DNA of 63,391 bases, the filler included, from Chiloscyllium plagiosum (taxonomy: Eukaryota): the NCBI RefSeq assembly GCF_004010195.1. It is 5 parts of one record of this genome, joined end to end, with 100 filler letters (N's around TTAATTAATTAA, not from the genome) between each part and the next. Parts side by side here need not be neighbours in the genome. Positions count along the whole stretch, not along the records: positions 26,935 to 42,908 come from NC_057717.1; positions 43,009 to 49,225 come from NC_057717.1; positions 49,326 to 54,840 come from NC_057717.1; 2 more parts are not named here. One strand, given 5' to 3'. Below the pieces are notes generated by a model. It did no database searches and was not told the origin of the DNA. It saw only the letters and a list, made by a program, of their open reading frames with translations. Shown here piece by piece: positions 39,443 to 51,221 of the stretch. Position numbers and translations under genes: made by a program. Numbering within the stretch: the stretch's first letter is position 1; every line of letters begins with the position of its first letter.

Positions 39443-39562
39443 ATGGCCTGGTTTACACAGTGTTCCACGATGAACAGATATCTCCTCTGGGTTGATGGTG
39501 TCTGCGCTGGTTCTGTGAGGTGGATCGAAAATGTGGTATATCTAACCATTTCAGCAGATCTG
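39443..39562 (+). pseudogene. Candidate first coding exon of GPCR copy R (decayed)
   Basis: MAWFTQCSTMNRYLLWVDGVCAGSVRWIENVVYLTISADL then |gtaatg; position upstream of the intron fits, but phase does not cleanly match the phase-1 acceptor at 40416. Confidence 0.35.
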
Positions 39563-39700
39563 GTAATGCCTTTAGCTCCCATTCCTGTGATTGGACCCTC
39601 CGTCTCTCGCCCCATTAATGTTACAGTGTGTCCAGGCACAGTGGAGTGCCTGGTGGGGTGGGTAGGGGGAAACGTGATGGACAGGTCAAGGAGTTCCCTG

Positions 39701-39878
39701 GAACGTTCTGTCCCCGACATTCTATAACTGACATTCCCCGGAACGTCTGTCCCGACATTCTATAACTGACATTTCCCGGAATGTTCTGTCCCAAACATTC
39801 TGTAACTGACATTCCCCGGAACGTTCTGTCCCCGACATTCTATAACTGACATTCCCCAGAACGTTCTGTCCCTGACAT
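39701..39878 (+). repeat. 40-bp intronic minisatellite (gaacgttctgtccccgacattctataactgacattccccg), ~4.5 copies
   Basis: Directly visible. Confidence 0.9.
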
Positions 39879-40415
39879 TGTTTGTAAATTGAATTGAATT
39901 GAACTATCGATAAGATCCCGAGGGAATAGATCCCGTTCCAAGGAGAAGGGGACCCTGTTCCGAAGGCCCCTCAGGCAGTTAAAGGGGTGAATACGTTTTC
40001 CCTGTGTTTGCATTTCTTCACGACCAGGATCGACCACAATGTAAACCAAAATACAGAAATTCCCAAACTCTGTTTGTGTTCAGTAAACTGGGAGATAATC
40101 CTTCAGGACAGCAACGTTTCCACCCTCCATATTGAGAACTGGGAAGGAGTGACCTGTGTCTGGTCTTGAGTGATCGAGTGTGTGGGAATGTTCTGGAAAC
40201 CATCTGTCCTTATGGACGTGGCTCTGTGTTTGTGAAAGGAGGGTTTCTTGTGGTGTATGTCACATTTTTGTCAGTAATTCAGACTTTCCAATTCGAATTC
40301 TTTTAATAAATGCCTGAATACAGGAATACATGTGGAAATCTCACTGGGTCCCCAATCAAATGGGTGCGTTAGCCTCCAGGCTGATGGATAATTGTTTTGT
40401 GTTCCTTCCTCACAG

Positions 40416-41323
40416 TTAATGTAGTGACCATCTACGTCCTGCTTTATAAAGATTGTGGATTGTCTCCGTGTGTCAGACGTTACCTGGGGGCAATGGCAGC
40501 AGCGGATCTCCTGGTCATTATCCTCGATCTGACACTGAGACACATTCTCATTGTTTATCGGAAACAGTTTTATTTCCTGGTGTACTCCGTCCCCGCTGGT
40601 AATATCCACGCCCTCCTGCTTTATGCAGCCACTGACTGTTCTGTCTGGTTCACTGTTACTTTCACCTTTGATAATTTGTGGTCATTTGTTTCCAGAAGCT
40701 GAAAAGTAAATATTGCAGTGAGAAAACGGCGGCTGTCGTTCTGGGAGCAGTGACTGCTGAGCTGTTTAAAGAACATTTCCTGGTATTTCAAGCTCAAGAC
40801 TTTGTATTACCTGGGGAACTCCCCCTGGTTTTGTGATGTAACACTCTCTGTTCTATTCTCCAGTGTCTGGGTCACAATCTAGTTCCTCCACCACATTCTA
40901 ACCCCGTGTGTCCCATTTCTCCTGGTTATGCTGCTCAATGTTCTCACGGCCAGACACATTGTAGTGACCAGCAGAGCCCGCAGGAGACTCAGCGCTCACA
41001 CCAATGGGGACGCTCAGACTGACACTGAAATGAGAAACCGTAAAAAAATCCATCATTTTACTGTTTGTGAACTTGGCCAATTTCATCCTGTTATGGTCAA
41101 TGTTAATGCTGTTTCTATATGGAACCGAATGTGGTATTTGGGGTATCGGTCTGTGTATCTCTATTGGTCTGTGCAGGAATTGGGCTTCATGCTGCAGCTC
41201 CTCAGTTGCTGCACATAGAGCGTGATTAATGCCATGACCCAGACTAAGTTCAGGCAGCAGCTGAAGAATGTGCTGAAATATCCCTTCACCCAAATCCATA
41301 CATCCATCAAATTCCCTCATTAA
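40416..41323 (+). pseudogene. Class A GPCR pseudogene, GPR139/GPR142-like, main coding exon (copy R)
   Basis: ctcacag| acceptor; VNVVTIYVLLYKDCGLSPCVRRYLGAMAAADLLVIILDL...VTFTFD; frameshifts at ~40672, ~40755 and ~41045; TAG stops at ~40880 and ~41216; ends KFPH-TAA. Confidence 0.88.
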
Positions 41324-42279
41324 TCAATCCATCCGGGATTTTCTCATTTCAGTTCAGTGTTTCAGCGATGGAGCAGCCTGTCGCTGTGGTAACAGACTGA
41401 GGGTAGCGCTGGTTTGTCCAACCTTATCCCACAGGGGGGTTACAGGGACACATTTCAATGTTTCTCACAACTCAGTGGCCAGTGAGAAAAGGCACCATCC
41501 CACTGATTGTATCCATCATTTTCATTTGTAAACAGTAAAAATGTTGATTGAAGCGGGCCGAGCAGCAGAGTGACCGATGTTGTTGTGTGTCTTTGTGTTG
41601 GAGAAGCTGAGCTGGAGAGAGACAGACTCAGTTCCAACTCATGGTCCTCAGGAAAGGAGAGGGCACGGCGCCCTGAGCTCAGGAGCTAGGTTGAACTCCC
41701 TCTGTCCTTACTTTCACCTCTGGGTATCCCACTCCAACTTGGCTCTCAGCAGAATTCACCTTGCTCCCTTTGTCAGTCTCCCTCCATATACTCCTCCCAC
41801 TCTCACACTTCACTGCTATTTCTCTCCCATTTTCCTATTTACACACTCAATTCCACTGTCGTTGCTTTCCCCAATCTTATTCACTCTCTCTCCATCTTGC
41901 GATCATAACCTCCCAATTTTACTGTCTTCCTGGAATCTTTCGGTGCTGGGGGAACAGAAGAGGGTTGTCGATCTTCAGCCTGATGTTAGGGAACAGAGAT
42001 ATTGACGGCATATCAGGCCATTGCCAGGGCAACTGTATGTAGCTTGGGTCAAACGCCATTGTTCGGGGACATAGTGGGTGTGAGAATATGCGCCGTTACT
42101 ACGGGGTAATAGGTGGATTGGCACCGTAGGCTGTGGCTGAGACTGGTACAACAGGATATCGCAAACAGAACACAGTGCGTGGAACATATTGTCTGTTACT
42201 CAGGGAATAGAATAGGGATTGGGTTAAAGGCCATTTAGAGGGGATCAACTTGGTCGGTGTTCACAGGCAGGAGCTCAGT

Positions 42280-42908
42280 TTAAGGTGTGTGATGAGTGTG
42301 ATGGTGGGAGACTGCGTGGGCGTGTGAGCGTGATGCTGGGGGAGTGTGCAAGGGAGTGAGCGTGATGGTGGGGTATGTGTGGGGGAGTGAGTGTGATGCC
42401 GGGCGACGGTGCAGGAGAGTGAACGTGACGATCGGGGAGTGTGTGGGAGAATGGTGGATTATGTGGGGGTAAACGTGAAGGTGAAGGTGGTGTGGTGCAT
42501 TGTGTGGGGGTGAGCGTGATGCTGGGGATTCTGTGGTTCAGTGTGTGTGAGGGTGATGGAGTGTGTGGGGATGCGTGTGACGGTGGGATCGTGTTGGGCA
42601 TGTGTGTGATGGTAGTGGAGTGTGTGGGGGTGAGTGTGACGGTAGGGATGGTGTGGGACAGGGTGTCGGACAGTGGTGGAGTGTGATGGGTTGAGCGTGA
42701 AGGTGGATGTGGTGTGGGGCAGTGTGTGTGATGGTGGTGGAGAGTGTGGACGTGAATGTGACGGTGAGGGTGCTATGGGGCAGTGTGTGTGATGGTGGTG
42801 GAGAGTGTGGTGGTGGGGGTAGTGTGGGGCAGTGTGTGTGAGGGTGTTGGAGTGTGTGGGGTTGAGCATGACTGTGGGGTTCGTGTGCGGCACTGTGTGT
42901 GAGGGTGG
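42280..42908. repeat. GT-rich low-complexity/degenerate minisatellite
   Basis: gtgagcgtgatggtgg / gtgtgtgg motifs repeated. Confidence 0.85.
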
Positions 42909-43629
42909 NNNNNNNNNNNNNNNNNNNNNNNNNNNNNNNNNNNNNNNNNNNNTTAATTAATTAANNNNNNNNNNNNNNNNNNNNNNNNNNNNNNNNNNNN
43001 NNNNNNNNGGGTATGGCACCAGGCAAAGGGCTTACAGTCTGTGAGAGTTTCTAAGAAAAGTTTCTGTGTATTTCTCTTCATGCTGTCTCCTGATCTAACT
43101 TCACGTTCGTCTGACACCCCTTGCTCTCACTCACTCTGTCGCTCCTTTTATTTCACTTTGTTTATCTCACTTCACTGTATTTCTCTCTGTTTATTCCTCT
43201 CCCACTCAGTCTAGCTCCGATCATTCCCTCTATTTTCAAGTTATCATTCTGGTGAGCTCATGAACGCATGGTGGGCTGAATGGCCTCCTTCTGTGTTGTA
43301 TTAATTCTGAAGTTCTCTGACCACAGTAACAAGTTTTGGTGCCTGTCGAGACAAGCTGGTCCAGTGAAGGACACATTGGACAATTAACCATTATCTCTTC
43401 CTATTTTCTGACATGCAGCGACATCGAAATATCTGTTCAAACAAACAGATGCCTCAAATTAAAATCAGCACACTTCAGATTGCCAGGCCACTGTGTTCAG
43501 TACCCTCTGCCTGTTTTTTGTTTTGTTTTGTTGGTCTTAGCTGAACTGGGATTAGTTTCTAACTCAGTCTCTGTACCTGTGGCCTACTGCTGTGATTCCA
43601 CACACCCCTCCCCCACTGCTGCTACACAC

Positions 43630-44000
43630 TAGTTTAAACCCTCGTAAAGAACAATAGCAAATCTGCCTGCCAGGAGATTGCTACCAGTTCAGGTCCATCC
43701 CGTCCATCTTGTTTATATCATACCAACCCGGGAATCCCAATGATCCACTTATCAGAGAGTGTTATCAGTTCATGTGCATCCGGTCCTTCTTGTGTGTATC
43801 CTACTGACCCGTGTATCCCAATAATCTACATATCATAAATTGCTGCCAGTTCAGGTTCATACCGTCCATTTTGTGTATATCCTACCGACATGGGAATCGC
43901 AATGATCCACATATCGGAAGTGCTGCCTGCTCGACCAGCACTTTGATCGTGTATTTATCTGTGCTACCTTACGATTCCTAACCTCACTCGCACGAGACAT
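43630..44000 (-). mobile_element. CR1 ORF1-like fragment with local duplication
   Basis: Similar to 7878-8100; ttgct.ccagttcaggt.cat.ccgtccat at ~43678 and ~43840. Confidence 0.55.
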
Positions 44001-44799
44001 ATTCTAATGTCTCCAAAATTGGAATAACCTTTCAGCACATCTCCAGCAAGGCATTTTCTTTAAACTGGATAGACTTGATAATAAAAACTTAAGTGTGACT
44101 TCAGGAATGTGAGACCACTAAATCAGTCCAATGACCATCGGACCTGATATCTATCCCCGCCACCAAACCTGTTTGACAAGGCATACATAAGGACGATCTA
44201 TTTGTAGATGGACGAGAATAAGCAGAAGATTAGAACATGGCAGATCAGATGGATGTAATGCAGCCTTTTTACTCTGCTTTGATATTCTGTTGGATTCTAG
44301 TTATTCTGTTCCTTTCCTAGTTATCCAGCATCCCCAGCGAATCAGAAAGTTCCCAGTGTCATTGTGTGCACAGTCCTGCGAAGGGAGTATCCAATGCCAG
44401 GCAATGGGGTGTGAGGTGGCCCAGGGGTGGCACAAGGAAAGGCTGCATGTAGTGCCGATGGACTGAGGGAACTGAGAGAGATGGAATGGGCATTCAGGGA
44501 CACTGCACTCAGACAAGTGGCCGGGCAAGATTCCTAACCACCCAATGAACTCGTGAACCACGACTGCTTTAACAAAAACCTGTCACATTTGTTGCATTTC
44601 ATCATCGAAATAAAGCAAAAATACTGTAGATGGTAGAAATTTGAAGCAAACACAGAGACGTATTGTAGAGAAAGAAAAGAGTTAATGCTCCCAATGCAGA
44701 CACGGGAAGAATGTACAAAGTCCACACAGACAGGGTCCAGAGATTGGAAATGAAACCAAGTGCCTAGCACTGTGAGGCAGCATTGTTGTGTCACCAGGC

Positions 44800-47090
44800 T
44801 GGTCAATGCTGGATAATTGGGGATAGAAAAGTTAAAAGCATAGATACTGTTCTCCGTGATCGGGATTAAGAGTTCTGAAGGTTGTGTTGCCTACATGGTG
44901 CTCGGGTTTGGGATATATCATCTGGGTTGCAGAACTTGAAGCGGGCGGGGAATGATCCAGTGTTCAGGGTCCGTGTAGGTACCGACAGCTGGACAAACAA
45001 ATGACAATGAGAAGAGCGACTGGTAATACAGGACTGAACTGTTATATCAGAATGTATGCTGTCTAAGAAATAAGGTAAATGAGCTTGTGACTCATCCATA
45101 AATTGGCAGGTACGACATAGTGGGCATTACAGTGACATCGCTGCAACAGCATCAGGATTCAGAGCTGAATATTCAAGGATATTCATCCTGTCGAAAAGAT
45201 AGGCAGTTGGGCAGAGAGATAGAGTTGCCTCAGTATTAAGAATGGAATTGAATCAATAATCAATAATAAGAAATGAAATAAGGTCAGATGGTGTAGAATC
45301 TATGTCAATAGAATTGAGGAATCAAAAAGGTGAAAAAATGTAGTTGGAGTTATATACAGGGAGCTAGGGTGTAAGATACACCAGGAGCTAGAAAGATCTG
45401 CAGGAAAGGCAAAGTTACAGTGATCATTTGGGATTTTATTATACAAATGGACTGGGAATTCGGATTGATAGTGGTTGGCAGGAAAATGAATTTGTGGAAT
45501 GGCTTTTGGAGCAGCTTATGCAGGCAGACTAGATGAGGGGAGCTGAAAATGACAGTGATGATAATATGATTGAATTTACTGTGCAATTTCAGGTGGAGAA
45601 GTTAGAATCAGAAGTAACAGTATTACAGCTGAATAAAGGCCATTGCACAGACATGAATGAGTAGCTGGGTAGAATTGACTGGGAGACGGGCCCAGCAGGA
45701 AAGACAGTACAACAGCAATGGCAATATATTTTTGGAGTAATTCAGGATTTATCCCAAGGAAAAAGAGGCTTATATAGGGAGGATGGGACAACCATAGCTG
45801 ACCAGGGAAGTCAGGTATAACATAAAAGCAAAAGAGAAATGATATAAAGTGGTAAAGTGCAGTGGGAAACCTGAGGATTGGAAAGCTTACAAAGACAAAA
45901 CAGAGGGCAAACAAAATAAAATTAGGAGAGAGATTATGAAATATGGGGGTAAGCTAGCCAGTAAGATAAAGGAAGAGTGTAACAGTTTCTTTCGATATAT
46001 AAAGTATAAAAGAGCAGCAAAAGTGAACATTGGATTGCTGGAAAATGGTACTGGAGAGATAGCAGTGCGGAACGAGAAAATGGCCAAGGAACTGAATAAT
46101 TACTTTGCATCAGCTTTCATGGTGGAAGGCACGAGTAATACCTTAAACATTCAAGAGATTGAGGGGCCAGAACTGAGTATGATGGCCCCCACCATGGAGA
46201 ACATGCTAGAAAAAAATGTAATAGTCCGAAGGTGGTTAAATAACCTTGACCAGATGGATACATCCCAGTATTATAAGGGAGATAGATGAAGAGGGAATGG
46301 AGACACTCGTGGTTATCTTTCAGGAATCACGAGAGTAAGGAACGATCCCACAGCACTGGAAACCCACGAAAGTGACACCCCTTTTTAATAAGGGAGTAAG
46401 GAAAAAAACAAAACAAACACCATTTTAACCTCTGTCATGGGTAAGATCCTGGAATCCATTGTGTAGGATGAGATTTCTGAATAGTTGAAAGCGTTTGGTA
46501 AAATAGGGCAAAGTCCGAGGGCACAGACTTAAATGAAAGGGAACACTTTTTAGAACAGAAATAAGGAGAAAGTTATTTAACCATAGGGTGGCACAGTGGC
46601 ACAGTGGTTAGCACTGCTGCCTTGCAGCGCCTGAGACCCGGGTTCAATTCCCGACTCAGGCGACTGACTGTGTGGAGTTTGCACATTCTCCCCCTGTCTG
46701 CGTGGGTTTCCTCCGGGTGCTCCGGTTTTCTCCCACAGTCCAAAAATGTGCAAGGTCAGGTGAATTGGCCATGTTAAATTGCCCGTAGTGTTAAGTAAGG
46801 GGTAAATGTAGGGGTATGGGTGGGTTTCGCTTCGGCGGGTCGGTGTGGACATGTTGGTCCGAAGGGCCTGTTTCCACACTGTAATGTAATCTAATCTAAT
46901 CATAGAATGGTGACGCTTTGAAATTTATTCCCCCAGCAGGCTGTGTGGTCAGGTCAGTGATAATATTTGACACGGAGATAGATAGTTTTTGATTATCCAG
47001 GGGATGAAGTGTTACGGGGAGAAGGTCGGAGCAGACCCGATGGGCTTAATGTCCTAATTTATGCTCCAATGTCTTATAGTCTTCTGGTTC
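44800..47090 (+). mobile_element. Decayed CR1-clade LINE (ORF1 relic, EN, linker, 3' end) with internal deletions
   Basis: tgttgcctacatggtgctcgggtt (ORF1), gctgaatattcaaggata (EN), ORF 45849-46289 FFRYIKYKRAAKVNIGLLE...ELNNYFASAF. Confidence 0.8.
46586..46900 (+). mobile_element. HE1-type V-SINE, full length and young
   Basis: A box tggcacagtggtt, B box gggttcaattccc, V domain, LINE-type tail cgaagggcctgtttccacactgt(aatct)n; catag on both flanks. Confidence 0.95.
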
Positions 47091-48152
47091 TAAACCTTAA
47101 GGAAGTACCTTGTATCTCTGAGAAGATAGATTCATGTTCTTCATGAAGGTCAGAAGCTGTTGGGAATACTTAACTGTTTTAGAATGAAGGTATTGTGGCT
47201 GCTGTCAGGGTGGTGGATAATATGACATTCAGTGGAGGATCACACACCAACTGCACTATATTAATGTGGGGAGAGTTTATTCAAAACTTGGACCTCTCCG
47301 TCTCTCTCAATGGGGAGTAGGCGTTGGGGTGGGTGGGCGGAACGTCCGCCCAGGCACTTAAACTATCCCGAATCATGCATCCGGAGTGAAATAGCAGTCA
47401 TGGAAATTATCACCTTCCCATTGTCTGTTTATAATATATGGAGTGATTGTCCATCCCACTCAGGGTTCAATGCAATCACATCTTATTCTCTCACAGCGCT
47501 ACAGATCAACCTTCACTCACTCCTCATGGTGCCATAATTTCAGGGATTAATGTGGTGGAACTCCTCTTCACCCTCTCTGTGGTACGGAGATCACTCCATA
47601 TTAAGGAAAGAAAATCTGTCCACAATACCCCAAATACTGCCTCAACAACACTCAGGTTTGATCACAATAATTCATTTCCTTCACTTAGCTGGCTCCATTT
47701 CTTTCGTGTGACACAGGAAACAATTCATTTACAATGCACTGCCACTGATGTAGAATTTAAAAACATCCTCTCATCTATAGGTCAGCATCAATACAGCCAG
47801 CACCAGAAGTGCCCAAGGAGATGCACATGACTCTTGGAAGAGACTCGCTCACAAAGAATACATCTAAAACAGTGAATGGCTAACTACCTGAATGGAAAGG
47901 AGCCGTTGGAATATGGGTTGCAGGCAGAGGAAGAGAGCTACCTTTCCTTTTGTTCTGCCCTCACGGGATGTGTGCAGCCATGGTCAGGCCAACATGTAAT
48001 GCCGATCTTGAACTGAGTGGCTGTTTCAGGACAATAAATAGTAAAACAAATTGCCGTGGATTTGCAGCTAAACAGAGACGTGACCAGAGAAGGATGACCC
48101 ACCGCCTTCTCTAATGGGTATAAGGCAAGCCGATATCAACAGATTACCATTC

Positions 48153-49225
48153 TGTGGTTCCAGAATACGAGCCAATGACGTGACCTACAATACACTGTCT
48201 GCCCATCTTTCACATTTTGTGCAGAGAACAAGTTAAACATCTGAAGTGCAATTATTTTGTCACGGACACGTGGTTAGAAGGGACTTGAAGCAGATATATG
48301 TGGAAATAACAAAGGCACAAACGATGGTGTATCCAGGAATTGAACTGAGGATGAGGAGAAGACTGGGATGTCTTAATGGTGGAACTAGACAGGATTGGTG
48401 TATGGGGAGGATATGGAGATGTACACTTTGCAGGAGAAAACGAATCAAAGAGGTTGAGAACAGTGTGATTCTAGAATACGAGCCAATGACGTGACCCACC
48501 ATACACTGTCTGCCCATCTTTCAGATTTTGTGCAGAGAACAAGTTAAACATCTGAAGTGCAATTATTGTGTCATGGACACGTGGTTAGAAGGGACTTGAA
48601 GCAGATATATGTGGAAATAACAAAGGCACAAACGATGGTGTAGTCAGGAATTGAGCTGAGGATGAGGAGGAGACTGGGATGTCTTAATGGTGGAACTAGA
48701 CAGGATTGGTATATGGGGAGGATATGGAGATGTACACTTTGCAGGAGAAAACGAATCAAAGAGGTTGAGAACAGTGTGATTCTAGAATACGAGCCAATGA
48801 CGTGACCCACCATACACTGTCTGCCCATCTTTCAGATTTTGTGCAGAGAACAAGTTAAACATCTGAAGTGCAATTATTTTGTCATGGACACGTGGTTAGA
48901 AGGGACTTGAAGCAGATATATGTGGAAATAACAAAGGCACAAACGATGGTGTATTCAGGAATTGAGCTGAGGATGAGGAGGAGACTGGGATGCCTTAATG
49001 GTGGAACTAGACAGGATTGGTATATGGGGAGGATATGGAGATGTACACTTTGCAGGAGAAAACGAATCAAAGAGGTTGAGAACAGTGTGATTCTAGAATA
49101 CGAGCCAATGACGTGACCTACAATACACTGTCTGCCCATCTCTCAGATTTTGTGCAGAGAACAAGTTAAACATCTGAAGTGCAATTATTTTGTCATGGAC
49201 ACGTGGTTAGAAGGGACTTGAAACA
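48153..49225 (+). repeat. 311-bp tandem repeat, at least 3.4 near-identical copies, runs into a contig join
   Basis: Near-identical ORFs recur at 48260, 48571 and 48882 (period 311). Confidence 0.95.
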
Positions 49226-49515
49226 NNNNNNNNNNNNNNNNNNNNNNNNNNNNNNNNNNNNNNNNNNNNTTAATTAATTAANNNNNNNNNNNNNNNNNNN
49301 NNNNNNNNNNNNNNNNNNNNNNNNNTCGCACTCAGTCAGTCGCTCCCCTTTCTATCCTCTCTCAGTTTATCTCCCTACACTTGCTTTCTCTCTGTTTATT
49401 TCTCTCTCACACAACCTCTCTTCACAAACTCTCTCTATCTCCAATTGTGCAGTTGGAGAGCTTGGACTCCACAGTGGGCTGAATGGCCTCCATCCATGCC
49501 ATAATAATTGAGGTT

Positions 49516-49808
49516 TTTAGATTAGATTTCTTACAGTGTGGAAACAGGCCCTTCGGCCCAACAAGTCCACACCGCCCCGCCGAAGCGCAACCCACCCATA
49601 CCCCTAACACTACGGGTAATTTAGCATGGCCAATTCACCTGACCTGCACATCTTTGGACAGTGGGAGGAAACCGGAGCACCCGGAGGAAACCCACGCAGA
49701 CACAGGGAGAACGTGCAAACTCCACACAGTCAGTCGCCTGAGTCGGGAATTGAACCTGGGTCTCTGGCGCTGTGAGGCAGCAGTGCTAACCACTGTGCCA
49801 CCGTGCCG
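49516..49808 (-). mobile_element. HE1-type V-SINE, full length
   Basis: Reverse complement of 46586-46900. Confidence 0.95.
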
Positions 49809-50159
49809 TGGTTCTCTGACCCACAATAAATACTTCCTGGACTGACCTGCTGGTCCTGTAACAGGTACAGTGCACAATCATCCATTTTTTTTTCCTGCTC
49901 TTCTCTGGTGTACAGCTGCCTTGAAATGTCTGTTCAAACAAAACAGACTGAATGAAATCCGAGCAGTCGAGAAGACGTTCATGAGTATGTATATCAATCA
50001 GGATTTAATGAAGGATGAGATTCCAGAATAACATAAGCAATGAATGAAAAACAGGGTTACACAGGACATGGCAGCTGAGTACAACATGTGTTTACAAGTC
50101 GGTCTCATGGTATTACCAATAGATTATCGATCCAGAAAAATCAGCTCCTGTTCTGTGGA

Positions 50160-50621
50160 TCCAGGTGGAATCCCGCCACTGCAGATGGTGGAAATTCAAT
50201 TCAATAATGTAAAGATATCCCTGGAATTAAGAATCTACTGATGAGAATAAAATCATTGCCGATTGTCAGAAAAATCCATCTGGTTCACCAATATCCTGCA
50301 ATGAAGGAATCTTCCATCCTCACCTGGTCTGGCTGACATGCAACTCCAGACCCAAAGCAATGTCATTGACTCTCAATCGCCCCCTGCAATGGTCTAATGA
50401 GTCATTCAGTTGTACCAATCGCTACATTGTTTGAAACAAATGAAACCGGATGGAACACTTGGCATCGAAATGGGAACCAGACAAGTCAACATTCGAAACA
50501 TCAATGTAGAACCTGCAAAGTCTTCCTTACTAATATCTGAGGTCTAGTGCCAACATTGGAACAACTGCCTTACAGACACGTTAAGCAACAGCCTGACATA
50601 GACATACCCACGGAATCATAC
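50160..50621 (+). mobile_element. 5' end of a LINE (SINE-like 5' region + start of endonuclease), cut by the ERV LTR
   Basis: aatatctgaggtctagtgcca...aagcaacagcctgacatag...acggaatcatac (KQQPDI..TESY); same family as 29505-30600. Confidence 0.6.
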
Positions 50622-51199
50622 TGTAAGAAATGGTAAAATGTGTTGTTTTTCAAGGGAGTATATGATGGATCTAGGAAAGTATTAGGGAAATGCATATTTA
50701 TTTTTAATGCGGATTAAAAGTACTCACTTTAATGTAGAATTATTAAAGAAATGTTTACAACAGTAGTTTCAGCAAAAACCTAAGTTTGCTGAAACATATA
50801 AGCGAGGCACTAAAAGGTACATTGTTAAGATTATGTTCAAGAATGGAATGTACCTATGAACAATGAAAGATATTACAAAATGGAAGAAGGGAACATCAAG
50901 ATACAAGTTTAGCCTTATGTCAGCACATACAAGGGGGAATATTGCCAACTTCGAAAGAAGGGGGCAATGGGTGTGGAGTATAGATGAGCAAAGATGAAAT
51001 GGTAAGAAAGATTGGCTAATGTAGGGATCGGAAGAGGTGGCCTCACGTAGCTCAAAAAGTATAACTGTCTAGTACTTTGAAATCTCTTGCCTTCAATTGC
51101 TTTCTGAAATTGGGGTCCTTTCTTGCAAGATCGTAAAATAAATTGTCTTGTTTCCAGGTTTGGTGGTCTCATATAATTTTATTGAGTTTGTTTCTTACA
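50622..51199 (+). mobile_element. Endogenous retrovirus 5' LTR (578 bp)
   Basis: Terminal inverted repeats tgtaagaaa...tttcttaca (TG...CA); AATAAA near 51137; PBS immediately downstream. Confidence 0.85.
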
Positions 51200-51203
51200 G
51201 ATT

Positions 51204-51221
51204 TGAGGGCTCGTCCGGGAT
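51204..51221 (+). promoter_or_regulatory. Primer binding site for tRNA-Pro
   Basis: TGAGGGCTCGTCCGGGAT, 17/18 match to the MLV-type PBS-Pro TGGGGGCTCGTCCGGGAT, 4 nt after the LTR end. Confidence 0.9.

Noticed and set aside
27687..41323. The two GPCR copies as alleles or an assembly fold-back
   Set aside because: Many substitutions, different lesions and different insertions show a real, old paralogy.
42275..42893. His/Pro/Thr-rich ORFs
   Set aside because: Translation of GT-rich low-complexity DNA next to a join.
46586..46665. tRNA gene
   Set aside because: A and B boxes belong to the SINE head and run straight into the V domain and LINE-type tail.
48246..49139. Triplicated 82-85 aa ORFs as a small gene family
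   Set aside because: By-product of the 311-bp repeat; non-ATG start on +, broken in one unit, no domain or splice signals.
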